A stretch of DNA of 63,995 nt, the filler included, from Atractiella rhizophila (taxonomy: Eukaryota), in assembly GCA_021432655.1 (NCBI GenBank). It is 4 parts of 4 records of this genome, joined end to end, with 100 filler letters (N's around TTAATTAATTAA, not from the genome) between each part and the next. Parts side by side here need not be neighbours in the genome. Positions count along the whole stretch, not along the records: positions 1 to 28,509 come from MU271482.1; positions 28,610 to 37,467 come from MU271490.1; 2 more parts are not named here. One strand, written 5' to 3'. The translations under genes and the position numbers were made by a program. Positions within the stretch are counted from its first letter, which is position 1. Each line of letters opens with the position of its first letter. The notes beneath the pieces were generated by a model. That model saw nothing but the letters and a program-made list of their open reading frames with translations. It had not been told where the DNA came from and did no database searches. Positions 24,467 to 35,600 of the stretch are shown one piece after another.

Positions 24467-26281
24467 TCATGCCCCCCCTTCCTTAAAGGTGAAATGGAAA
24501 TCATGAGACACGACTGAAAAATCATCCTTTGTCGGCACTTGCCCCGTCCCTCCTTCAATTGTAGCTTGCAAGTTTGAAAACATATCTCGAAGAGTCATCT
24601 CATTCACGCTCTGAGCCACTTCGTCGTTGTAGAAGGTTCGTAGAGCAATACGAAGGAAATATTCACTTGGAATTCCTCTTGTACGCCTTCGCTGTAGAAA
24701 TTTATGGACCTCAGTGATCGGAATGTGACAGTGACTTATTGAAAGTTCGGTGACAAAAGGACAGTGGAAGGTTTGGAGAAAATCAGGCTCAAGAATCCCA
24801 GAGAACTCATGAAGGCCGTCAAGATACAGCTCATGAAGAAAGACGCTAGAGTTGAAGTTCCCCTTCAGAGGAATAGTAAAGAAGATGCTTTTTGATTGTT
24901 GCAGAGGACGCAAGGAGAACTTGAAGTTATTGAGCCACCTTCCATGATTTTGTAGCAAGTCCAGGATATCTTGGGATCGCAGTTCGGCAATCCAATTGTC
25001 ACGCAAATCTAATATGTTAAGAGGGAGTGGCTCGGGACGAATTGCTTCAAGGCCATTGGGTCCATCGAAAAATTCAGGCTCCCAAGCAGCAACACTCAGC
25101 ATGAATGGCAGCATCTGACTGATGATTTCCCTAGACATAAATGAGCTGTTGATTGAAAAGCAGGTGAGCTTTGCTCGAGGTAGAGGCTGAAGAGCGGAGT
25201 GTGGCAAAGGGACAAGGTCCCAACCGGAGAGAAGAAGGTTCATCAAGCTGGTAAGTGGCTGTTTCAGCAGCAAACAAAGGTCGTGGGTGCCCCAGGCATC
25301 TGTGGCATCCCAAGATATGATTGTGAGAACTTGAAGATGCCTCAGAGCTCCAATCTGCTCAAAGAATCCTTTTCTGGACCAATCACTCGATGGTGTCTGG
25401 AGTTGGATATAGAGTGAGAGCAGATTCAAGGTTTCACTGAGGATAGAAAGCACAGTGTTCCAAGTCGCTTTAGGGTCTTCAGTTTCCATACTGAACCTGA
25501 ATAAGTTGAGCTGTCTGATCCATGGCACAATGCGTGTTCCCCAGGTCTTAACCATGGGAATGACGTTCAGGTGGTGTTGTAAATCGTAATACCCCATTTG
25601 TCCCGTAAGCTGGCAAATTTTGGTGATGCCAACAGCATTGAAACGTTTGCAAACTAGCCGAAAATGCTGGATTCTTCGAAATTTGATTGTCCTTCTCTCA
25701 TCATCCAACATTTCAGTTAAACAACGGTCAACAAGCTCGGTTGGTAACTGGAGAAATGGATCTATCGACCAGGATTGAAGGAATTCCAATTGAAGCTCGA
25801 AGCTTGTTTTAGAAGTTTGTGGAAACCGCATCCAGTCTCGGATGACAACTCCGTCATCCTCATCGTAGATCAAATCAATCTGATCCGTAAATGACAACTG
25901 CTCCAAGTCCAATAGACAGCCGTGCCACAGTTGATTGTGTCGAATCCCAAAACCCATCGCAGGCAAGGCTCCACCATGGAAGAAACACAAGGAAAACTCC
26001 ATAAAGCAGTCTTCTTTTTCAGCGACATCCACAACAGTTTTGTGCTGACACTGTTCTGATACTAAAACAACCAGTTTCTTTGAAAAGTAGACCTTGTTTG
26101 TTCCGGTGAGGATGCGATTTGTTGTCAGGGTGCTTGCTACTGCAAAAGCACTGAAACGAAACTGACTCGTAGAATCTGGTTCTCCGTCACACTCTTTGCA
26201 CTGCGGTATGAGAGAGGCTAGCATGACAACACTAAACACAGTCTCAACATGAGCATGACAACTGTGCACACACAGGAACAC
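24467..26281 (-). CDS. F-box + RNI-like/LRR protein with unknown N-terminal extension (5' exon(s) unresolved)
   Basis: 604-codon uninterrupted frame. F-box-like FLQLPTELVDRCLTEML...FRLVCKRFN is followed by LxxLxL repeats (LNLLSLYI, LRHLQVLTI, LMNLLLSG, LHELYLDG). Confidence 0.7.
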   Translation of the reverse strand: MFLCVHSCHAHVETVFSVVMLASLIPQCKECDGEPDSTSQFRFSAFAVASTLTTNRILTGTNKVYFSKKLVVLVSEQCQHKTVVDVAEKEDCFMEFSLCFFHGGALPAMGFGIRHNQLWHGCLLDLEQLSFTDQIDLIYDEDDGVVIRDWMRFPQTSKTSFELQLEFLQSWSIDPFLQLPTELVDRCLTEMLDDERRTIKFRRIQHFRLVCKRFNAVGITKICQLTGQMGYYDLQHHLNVIPMVKTWGTRIVPWIRQLNLFRFSMETEDPKATWNTVLSILSETLNLLSLYIQLQTPSSDWSRKGFFEQIGALRHLQVLTIISWDATDAWGTHDLCLLLKQPLTSLMNLLLSGWDLVPLPHSALQPLPRAKLTCFSINSSFMSREIISQMLPFMLSVAAWEPEFFDGPNGLEAIRPEPLPLNILDLRDNWIAELRSQDILDLLQNHGRWLNNFKFSLRPLQQSKSIFFTIPLKGNFNSSVFLHELYLDGLHEFSGILEPDFLQTFHCPFVTELSISHCHIPITEVHKFLQRRRTRGIPSEYFLRIALRTFYNDEVAQSVNEMTLRDMFSNLQATIEGGTGQVPTKDDFSVVSHDFHFTFKEGGA

Positions 26282-26481
26282 CTAGAGGTTGAAGGAGGGC
26301 AGAGGGGCACATACAAATTGTCAAGATCCCAACACCTCTGTATTCACCCTGATAAAACTAACTATGTGCATCAAACAATTCTTACTCGCTAAAGTACTCT
26401 CACTGTCTCATAATTGACAATGCTGTGTAGGGCGGACCTTCCATTTTCGGAAGTTTCCATTCTCCAACTGTGTCATCAAAG

Positions 26482-28135
26482 ATGAACGACATGAACAAGT
26501 TCGACATTGCTCAAAAGGATTTAGAAGCCAAGCTGGCACAGTGGCTTGTCCGCTTTTCGAAAGACGTTATTTTGGACGGTACGAGGGACGACATGGCTCT
26601 CATGCATCTTTGGGAGCGTGTTCGAGGCTGGATGGGTGGGTTACCTGCTGGAGCTAATTTCAAGATAGATATTTCTTTGTCTGTTGTTTTTATCGAGATA
26701 TCCTCCATTGATGAGGCGGCGACAGACCGCCTATCGAACCTCATCCCAAATCACCTCAGCAGGCCTCCCCGATCGGTTTGAGGCAGAGCAGCCAGTTATT
26801 TCGGCTTCCAGCAGAGCTTCTAGATGACATATTTATGCGTGAAGGCGTTGTAGATAGTTGGGAAATCAGGAAGTACAACTTATTGCTCATTTGCAAGGGT
26901 CTCTTCCCCCATGCACGTTGTTTTCCCTCCTTATCCCTTGTGCTCAGAAGTCTTGTAGGTGCAGCGAGCCCTGTGTTGGTCTTTGCCAATGGTCAAAAAT
27001 CCTCTCCAGCTATGGCCACACATCCGTTTTCTTACCCAGTTGGTTTACTTTGTTCGTCAGCGGGCAAGTTTTGAATTATTGTTCTCGCAGGCATGCTCAC
27101 TGCCCGAGAATGGTTCGGAATCTCGAAGTCCGATTCTCTGGGGGATTATCCAAGTTTCAATCTCTCGCCTACATACGGCTCTTATCCCTCTGTCCGGAAA
27201 TCAAAGTCCTCTCACTCCTGGGCAACTTTATGTACACTTTTTCAATGTTCCAAGAGACCGTCATTTCTGTCCTGTCCGGGTTGAAGAATCTCACAGAGCT
27301 CAGAACCTACGATGATGGTCAACTTCTATGTCCTACCTTGCCTTTGTTCCAGCAAGTGCAAGTGATCAAGATCTTTGAGAAGAGATACGCTTTTTCAGAT
27401 ACGTTTGCAAGTGTTATCGAGATTCCAGACAACGATCATCGTCTTGCACTACCCCCTTGCCTGACGCGGTTCGTCAATAATGGTGCAGCGAATCCGAACT
27501 TCTCTCAATACCTATCCACTTTTGTCCTCAGCTCCTCTCTCACTACCTTTCCACGCTTAACCCAATTAGAGCTTGACGTAGGGCTTCAATTGCACGACAA
27601 ACTCCTCCTCCCTCTGTTGGAGAGACTGTCCTCGTGCGTGAGGATCCTCCGCGTGTCAAATGAGATGGGTCATAGCTCCACTTTCGACGCAACCGTATAC
27701 GCTGCGCTTCGACTGTGTACATCTCTTCGGCTACTCGTGCTCCAAAGCTTCACATTGGCTTCATGGGTCAAATACCACGGCCCATTTGCCCCTTCACTTC
27801 GAATAATCACGCTTTTATCATGTCATGGACCAGGATGTTCCATGACGCTCTGGCAACAAGCTGTAGCGTACAAGCCTGGGGGTAAGAGAAAGTTAAAAGC
27901 AATCAACCTGGACTGGAGGACAGTTGCGGCATGCGAGGAGATCGGAGTGGAGAAGGACGGAAAGGTGTTTCATGGCCTGTTTCCTAGGTTTAAGGAGACG
28001 TGTTGGGAGAAAGGTGTCGCGGTTAATACTCCTAAAGAGTGCGCTTGGCTTGGTGTTTGTCACTTTTCCTTCTTGTGTGAAAGCCATAGTGATCACTATG
28101 AAACTAGGAAAGATCGGCCTATCCAGAGAAGGTAA
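26482..28135 (+). CDS. F-box + RNI-like/LRR protein
   Basis: Spliced model MNDMNKF...DISL|PPIEPH...LFRLPAELLDDIF...LLLICKGLFPH|VQRALCW...FLTQ|HAHCPRMVRNLEVRF...LLSLCPEIKVLSL...LKNLTELRT...LTQLELDV. One donor is GC-type. The 3' end is uncertain. Confidence 0.65.
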
Positions 28136-28509
28136 CGGACGAAGGGTCTTACCACTATGTCAGAAGAACCTAACAATGGTTTCTTCGTCCGGGTCCGTCG
28201 TGTCCACTCCATTCGCACCTGTTCTTGTATAATTCTTCCCACCAGTCAAGCGGCTTTCTCCTCCGCCTAGGCTATGATTATCCAGGAGAGAAACGGTTCT
28301 CATGCATCTTCTGCGGGACGCAGGCAGTGGTTCGAACCATCGTAGTGCACTACGCGAGATCTGATGATAATCCATCCCTGAGTACTGTTTCTGCACCGTC
28401 GGCGTTGTATCATCACTGCACGGCTCATTCAGGACGAGCTCCCTCACTTTCAGATCGGTGAGATGGAATTCCGCCGTCTCAGCAAAGTGCAGGTGATCCG
28501 TCTTGCAGC

Positions 28510-28609
28510 NNNNNNNNNNNNNNNNNNNNNNNNNNNNNNNNNNNNNNNNNNNNTTAATTAATTAANNNNNNNNNNNNNNNNNNNNNNNNNNNNNNNNNNN
28601 NNNNNNNNN
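28510..28609. other. Artificial contig linker (N44-TTAATTAATTAA-N44)
   Basis: Exactly 100 bp. The core at 28554-28565 has stops in all six frames. The same structure occurs at 37468 and 45647. Confidence 0.95.
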
Positions 28610-28903
28610 GATGATATCGACGCCAACCCCCTCCCTGCTCCTGACGCTAATCCCAATGCGGACCCGAGGGATCAAACGAAGGACCCAATGCTGAAAGATA
28701 GGACACATGGACAGCATCTCCTCGAAGTTAGGAAGCAACTTGCATTCCAAGGATTCACTTTTAAGCGGCCGAAAAAGAGTGTGTACGATCCCAGAAACGG
28801 GGTCATAGACATCAAGGATATGGGGGGAGAGAAGGAGAAGGGGAAGGCATTCAGCAGATTGCTTGCTCCAGATGGCAGCAGATTGAGGAGCATGTCGTTG
28901 TGA
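28610..28903 (+). CDS. 3' fragment of an AGC/NDR-family protein kinase (C-terminal tail)
   Basis: DDIDANPLPAP...KDPMLKDRTHGQHLLEVRKQLAFQGFTFKRPK contains the AGC hydrophobic motif FxGFTF. The gene is truncated by the linker. Confidence 0.6.
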   Translation, partial: DDIDANPLPAPDANPNADPRDQTKDPMLKDRTHGQHLLEVRKQLAFQGFTFKRPKKSVYDPRNGVIDIKDMGGEKEKGKAFSRLLAPDGSRLRSMSL

Positions 28904-29573
28904 TCTCTCTCGTTTTCTTTTCTCCATTTGTTTCGCGAGTGCCTGAATGAGTTCTTGGGATCTTGACTGAAGCCTTCGGTTTCATTAATCGCATCTTCCT
29001 TGTTTACTTCTCTAATTAGCCTCGATCGAGAAGAGAGCTATGTTGTACTCGTTTGTTTAGCACCAAGAATTTGTGTCGACTGATTTGTTTTTATTAATTC
29101 CCTCTCCTCCCTAACTTCCTTCCTCATTTGTCTTATCATACCTAGTGCCCGCTTCACTCTCACGTTCACATTCCAAATGACCGATATGTTCGCAAAATAG
29201 CCTTTCATACAATTCACTATTTCTGTGTTCAATTTATTTGGGCTCAAGTGAAGAATGGGAATATCATTGGACTTGTTGATGCTGTTATACAGATCTATCC
29301 GTACTTCGTATTTCGACCGAATGAAAATTGATGTACCAAAGCACTGAGTTGCTATGCATTGATCATTTAAGTCGTCAAAAGCGATCAAAAACTGGGTACC
29401 AAAAGCAATACCATGCAAGCTAAAAAATCAATTGCTCAGATCACACAACCTTGCCGAAATCGTCTATGTCGACCGTCGAGTCCCGATCAGATACCTACAT
29501 TTATTCGGTAAGTGAAAGCAAGAGGGAAGCTCCAAACTTACAGCAACCTCTTGCAGCTCCACTGAAACAATGT

Positions 29574-31053
29574 TCATATTGCTAGCCCTAGAAACGGTCC
29601 CATCTTGCCTTCGACCTGATGCTCGAGATAACGATCTGTCAGCTTGGGAATCTGTGGAACCGCCTGTATCTGAAATTACTAGTTACAACCAGTATCAATC
29701 GGACAAGTTCTGACAAGAAAACGTTCTGCTTACTTTCTTCCTCCTTGATGATATACTTGGAGATTCCTCGTCCCATCCCGAAATTCCTCGACGGCGTCCC
29801 TTCCACAGGCGAGAACTGCCCTGAGCCTCTGGCTGGCATTTCAATGCGTACCTCTTCTTTCGGGAGAGAAGGCCACGTTGAAGATCCTCTCAACCACGAT
29901 TTCGTTCGACCGGGTGACTTCCGAAGTGGTGTGCTTACTGCTTGACTTTGTACGGTCTGCTCCCCACGATCGGGCCCACTGAGGAGGATGACGAGAAAGG
30001 AAACGGAGTAGATCGAAGGTAGGATGGTGACCATGAATAGACTCCAAGCCGCCTGGTCGGACCCTTCGACACCCTCCCAGATGGCCAATGCGACGACGAC
30101 GGCTTGTGCAATCCAAAGTAGCGTTCCGCTACAGATGATATACACAATGATGTTGTCGATAATGCTTCGCACGCGCACGGATGTGGCGGTCAAAGAGCTT
30201 TTCGCGTTCCGAAGTTCGGCGACAAGGAAGAATGACAAGCTGACATCGACCACCAACGAGACAGTAATCCAACTGGTGAGGATGCCTTCAAATCCCTGCA
30301 AATGGCTGATTATCCCAAACTTGAATATGATAAACATCCCGCCAACGATTCCAAGTGGCACATTCAGGACAGTGAAGATGAACGTGATCCAAAGGACGGT
30401 TTTCACCCACATCTTATCCCATGTCACAAGTTTGCTCAGTTGCAAGCCACCTGTGAGCCATTCAACGCCTCCGCAAGGAGAAGGAAGAAGGAGAAACATA
30501 CGGTACCAGATAAAGAGTTGGCACTGGGCCTGGAGCAAAATTGTTGTGACACTGAGTATGGCGTCGGCCCATTCGTCTCCTGGCTTCAGGAAATAGTTCA
30601 CGTCGCCCCAATGAGCAGCATGGAGGAGAGAGAACTGTAGACTACAATCTTAGCACTTGTAAACAGAGGAACATACGACAATTCACCTTTGTGACGCCAG
30701 CAACGTTCATGAGGGTTTGTAAGAAGACGACAAATGCAACTATCCATTTCATCTTCTCGAACGTTTTGCCCTTGGCCAGCCTGAAGTAGCGATTTGCGAG
30801 CGCGACGATGATGCCATACAATATACAACAAATGAATGTACCCAGCAGACTTGCTAACAGCCGATTATGCTGGTACGACAACGGAGCTCAGTCCACGAAC
30901 CTGAAAAGAAAAAGACCTCACATAATTTGGCGGCAATCGTGAGAAGATCTCATCCGTGGTGCCATCTTCAGTTGTGACATTTGTATCATGACTAGATATT
31001 GTGGTGACGATCGGAAAAGCTGACAATCCGCGTGTATGAAGATGAAGACCCAT
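29574..31053 (-). CDS. DUF6534-like 7-transmembrane (fungal GPCR-like) protein
   Basis: About seven hydrophobic segments: LLGTFICCILYGII...YF, KWIVAFVVFLQTL, QLFIWYRMF, WITVSLVVDVSLSFFLVAEL, IIDNIIVYIICSGTL, LPSIYSVSFLVIL. Both ends are approximate. Confidence 0.7.
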
Positions 31054-32689
31054 TGGATTCGACTAAAACTGGCACGTATGATAAAAGAAAAAGCGCTAGA
31101 AAGAAGAGCAGCGTTTGCGTGCTGAAAATTCTCAAGTTTTTGCTCTCCTTTGTCCCATCCTAAAATTCGTTCCTTCAATCCTCCCACAGCACCCTAGAGC
31201 TGTTATACCCTCGCCGCATCAACACAGTGAAGTTTCCTCCGTCCACCGAAACCCATGAGGGGTAGTGGTACTGAAAGTGCTGCTCGTTCAGTTTTAGAAT
31301 GGACCTCGATGGGGCAATCAGCAATTCAGAAAGACGGGCGAGAATTTAGAGTGCCTCAAGCCTGGACCTCTACGAATTTTGCAGTTCAAACAGGTTAAGC
31401 TTTCAAGCGGAGAGTTCAAGGAGCAACTCAACTGCAACAGTGTGGGGTGTAGAGCCATTCTCTTTGCATCGATCGATGTCGAGGCCAACTTGTCCACGAC
31501 AAAGGAAGCGGAGCTGGCTTCGGTTTGCCTTGAGTTTGCTCCACGCTTGGACACGGGGAGTTAGAAGTCTACTAAGCTTCTTGAAATGCGCAGCATCCCT
31601 CAGAGAAGGCCATCATAGTTGGAAACAACCGCGCAATTCAAAGGCTGCAGGACTTGGACGCCATTAAAATCAGAGTCAAGCAGAATACTCCGCTTGATTG
31701 GCGAAGGGCTTCCAAGGAAGCGGTGGCAATATCTCGGGATCACTGTTGGACCAATTCAAGCCTGATTTCAACCGAATGTGGTCTCATTCGTGGAGTGTGC
31801 TGATCGCGTCCAGCTGTGAGAAGGAGCAGAAGCGAAACCAGAACCGTTGAACCTCTCTCTCTGAGTGTACACAACATCCAACAGTTGACTGGCTTCTTCG
31901 GAAGTGGGAAAAGAACACGAATTAGAATGGTTGGGGCTCACAGATAAAGGTCTCTGAGCTCCCCATGTCTCCTTCCTTTGCACTCAAAAACATTGCATCC
32001 TTCCCCCGTCCCCCATTCGTCCTCTATCAAAGAGGCCCATCATCCGTAAATTCTCGCACGACTCGGTGGTCAGAAGCCCGTTTGAATTTGTTTGAATGCT
32101 TCCTGATGATCTTGACACCTCTGTCTGAGCACCTTCGTTCCTTGACCGTCCTGTTCTTGTTTCCTTCCCGCAGATCCCGACCCCATTCCTTGTGCGCACG
32201 TTGTCACATTGCTGGTGCGTCTAGATGCGACGTCTTTGTGTCTCTGCAGCAGAGGGCAGCGTCTACTCTACTATCAAGCTTCACTGTGAACAAGTGCGAG
32301 CAGCACGCCTGGAACGTGTAGACCAGCAAAACTAGATTGATTGCTGGTTGAAATGGGTCGACTTTCATTCTGTTATGACTAGCAATACAAATCCAGCCTC
32401 CATTGTTCCTCCAAATCAATAATTCTGTACGAAGAATTGAGCAGGAATATTGACAAAGGTTGATAACGAAGCGTGGATACGAAATGATGGGCTAAACAGG
32501 AGTCGACAGAATCAAAAGGATCGAATGGGAGAACCCGTTACCAACGGAATCCTGTGCAACATCTTCCACCTGGAAGACTGTACACGATAGATAAATCACG
32601 AGGAAATCTACAACAGGAAGAAAAAGAAGATCAGAAACGAAGCCGCGTGCCAATGCACGTCATTTTAATGCTTTAGTTGTTGGTGTCGT

Positions 32690-35600
32690 TTATGGCGCCA
32701 TCATCATGGCGTCCGCATTTTCCTCTTCGATTGTGTCCAAAATGGCTTTGATAATTCTTCCACCTTCCTCAGCTAAATAAGACGAGTTTCAGCATTACAT
32801 GCTGCAGCGAAAGAAGGTAGACAGACCAATTTCCCATCGGCTATCCTTGATAAGCTCCCAGATGGTATGCAACAATCCAGCAATACCATTCAAGTCGTCC
32901 ATTTGTGGGAGAACTACAACCGAAGGTGAGGAGATTCTCTTGGTTCATCAATAAACTCACTGTCGGGAGATTGTGTGCACAAGNNNNNNNNNNNNNNNNN
33001 NNNNNNNNNNNNNNNNNNNNNNNNNNNNNNNNNNNNNNNNNNNNNNNNNNNNNNNNNNNNNNNNNNNNNNNNNNNNNNNNNNNNNNNNNNNNNNNNNNNN
33101 NNNNNNNNNNNNNNNNNNNNNNNNNNNNNNNNNNNNNNNNNNNNNNNNNNNNNNNNNNNNNNNNNNNNNNNNNNNNNNNNNNNNNNNNNNNNNNNNNNNN
33201 NNNNNNNNNNNNNNNNNNNNNNNNNNNNNNATAGGGAGGAGTTCCTTTACATCCACAACCTGCTGTCAGCTCGCACTCGTGTTTATGCCCTTGCCTTTCG
33301 CTAGGGAGCGGCAGTTGCTCGTCCCGTTGTTACGGAAAGAGGGGATGGTGATTAGTCGACGGAGAGAAGAGCGGATGGAGCCCTTCAGTTGTCTAGGAGC
33401 AGTGCTGGTGGCGGTCACCTTACGGTCAGCACCATTGATCGCGTCCGTGCTGGTAAGGGTAGTGATGACGCTGAAGCTAGCGTCAGGGGTAGCGAGTCGG
33501 CTACCCTTTGCCTGGTATAGGGGTAGGGATGCCGCGACCAGGAGAGGGTCAAAGGTACTAGGGAGAGGGATGATGATGTGGCGAGGGTTACGGACCTCCC
33601 TGACATGGTCAGAGACAAGGTCAATTGCATAGGGGCTGCTGCCGCTGCCGACCTTTACCTAACCTTAACGTCAACCCTCACCCTCCACCTCCTCATCATC
33701 CACCGCCTTACCCTTTACCTTACCCTCCTGGTCAGCCTCCAGGACCTGTCCTAGTTCTGGGAAAGAAGCTGGGAAAGAGGAAGCCTCCCGTGTTGCTACC
33801 ATGCAGCAGAAAGTAGAAAGAAGAGTAGTATGAGGTAGGAAACGCAATGTACGAGTAGATTACCTACACTTCGTGGTAAACGGAGACGATAGCTGGAAGT
33901 TACCGAAGACCTACCATAACCGCTGTACTTGCTGGGCAGGTTAGGCTTACGGCGCGCCTATAACCTCTTAAAGGTCTACGGCGGATTGTACAAGCTAGGA
34001 AGCTACCCGTACTTCTTATGTTTATGTGGTGGATCGCAACCTCTCCCTTCGTTACGCTCGTTATTCTCGAGTGGAACAAATGGTATGTACTACCTTGGAC
34101 AAGGTCATGCAAGTAGCGAACTTCTCTACCCTCACTACAACTTACACTTTATCCTGCTGCGCGGCGACTTCTCTCTCCTGGGCTGGTGCAAACACCTAGT
34201 TTAGTGAAAAGTCTCCTAGTAACTAATAGAGAGACATTCAAGTAACGGAGGAAGAGATAGCTTCTCGACTAGTCTTTAGTAGCTTCGGCTCATAGGGTTA
34301 CCAGTAGTTGGTAGGCTTTGATTGAGGTGTTAGATAAGTTGAGATGGACGTGGAGATAACCTGAGCGCACGTACTTTGAGTTAAGGGCTAGTAGGTGTTT
34401 CGTTGTAAGTCCACGCAGTAATATAACGTGCGCGATGGGATCCGTCTAAATTTATTACGTCCTGCCTTTGTTGCGGCTGCGGCGATAATACGAGGTACAA
34501 GGAGAAACCTACAATAATACGGCTAGACCTCCGCGTGTGCTACCGCTTCTAACACGTACTTTTTAACGCTCCGTACTAGTAGACGCAAGCTTAAAAATAA
34601 GGAAACATAACATAAGTTGATTATTACAACTACTTGTCAGCCTTGTAATGCACGGTGCCCGTCTTTACACCGAAAAGGTCCGACAAAATGAGACATAGTA
34701 TAAACCCTTCTACACGAGGCTAGCTTCCGCGTACTTTACCAGAGGGGGAAGAAGTGACGGCAAACTTGTTATGACTGATTGGTGGTAGATTTCTCAGTAT
34801 AAAAGACCCCTAGGCATCACTGCCATACTAAGCGTAAATTTGTGTCCTAAAGGTCAACTTCCGTTATATGTCGATCGTGCGTCCTCGCGCGACAAGAGAG
34901 GGTTTAGTCAACGTCTCTAACTGTTAGTGTTTCTGTTTCGACTACGTTCTACCTCACTCAGAGGGAACCAAGTAATGACTACGTAGTTAGGCTAACAACT
35001 GCTTACTGTAGGTCCTCGTACCTAGCGTCTTCTTAGTCGTTTTGCTACACGGAAGAGCCGAAAAGATTAACTGCATCTCGTGCGGCGGTAGAAAGCAGTG
35101 TGAGGGTGCGAGAGTCGTAAGGTCGAAGTCGAGTGGGACGGGAGACTACTCTCGCACACCTGCCGGTGTAGTCAATCACTCACCTTATCCTCCGTAGTAC
35201 GACGAGCTGGTGGTGATGGCAAGTAGAGACCATGCATGCGAGAGAGCAATGTCGTCTCTAGTTTTTGCTGACACGCTATTGACAAATGGACATCGTGAGT
35301 TCCGTAGGTACTAAGGGCCCGTAAGAGGCGGCCAAGACTTACGCAAGAGCTCCTAAAACTAGGACGTACCTGAACACTCAAGGAGAGGTTACGTAGGACC
35401 TGTCTTGATTGGTACCACTTATCTACTCACAGAGCAAGCTATCACGCGACAGGTAGAAGTTGTGACCTTACCGAGATTGTCATAGAGGACTGTCACGTTA
35501 CCGCTCTAGTGAAATACCAGAAAGGGGGTAAAGAAGGGCTTTTCTAGAAACGACTACTCTTACTTAGAAATGTCGAACCTTAACGTTGTGGTCTGCCCGG

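Noticed and set aside
28320..28345. tRNA suggested by GGTTCGAACC
   Set aside because: There is no acceptor stem, D arm or anticodon arm around it.
28554..28565. TTAATTAATTAA as a biological repeat or transposon target site
   Set aside because: It is always centred in exactly 44+44 N, so it is an artificial six-frame stop linker.
31060..32680. Short ORFs between the 7TM gene and the TF 3' end
   Set aside because: I could not build a consistent spliced model or find a motif on either strand. It is left unannotated, as is 7700-8900.
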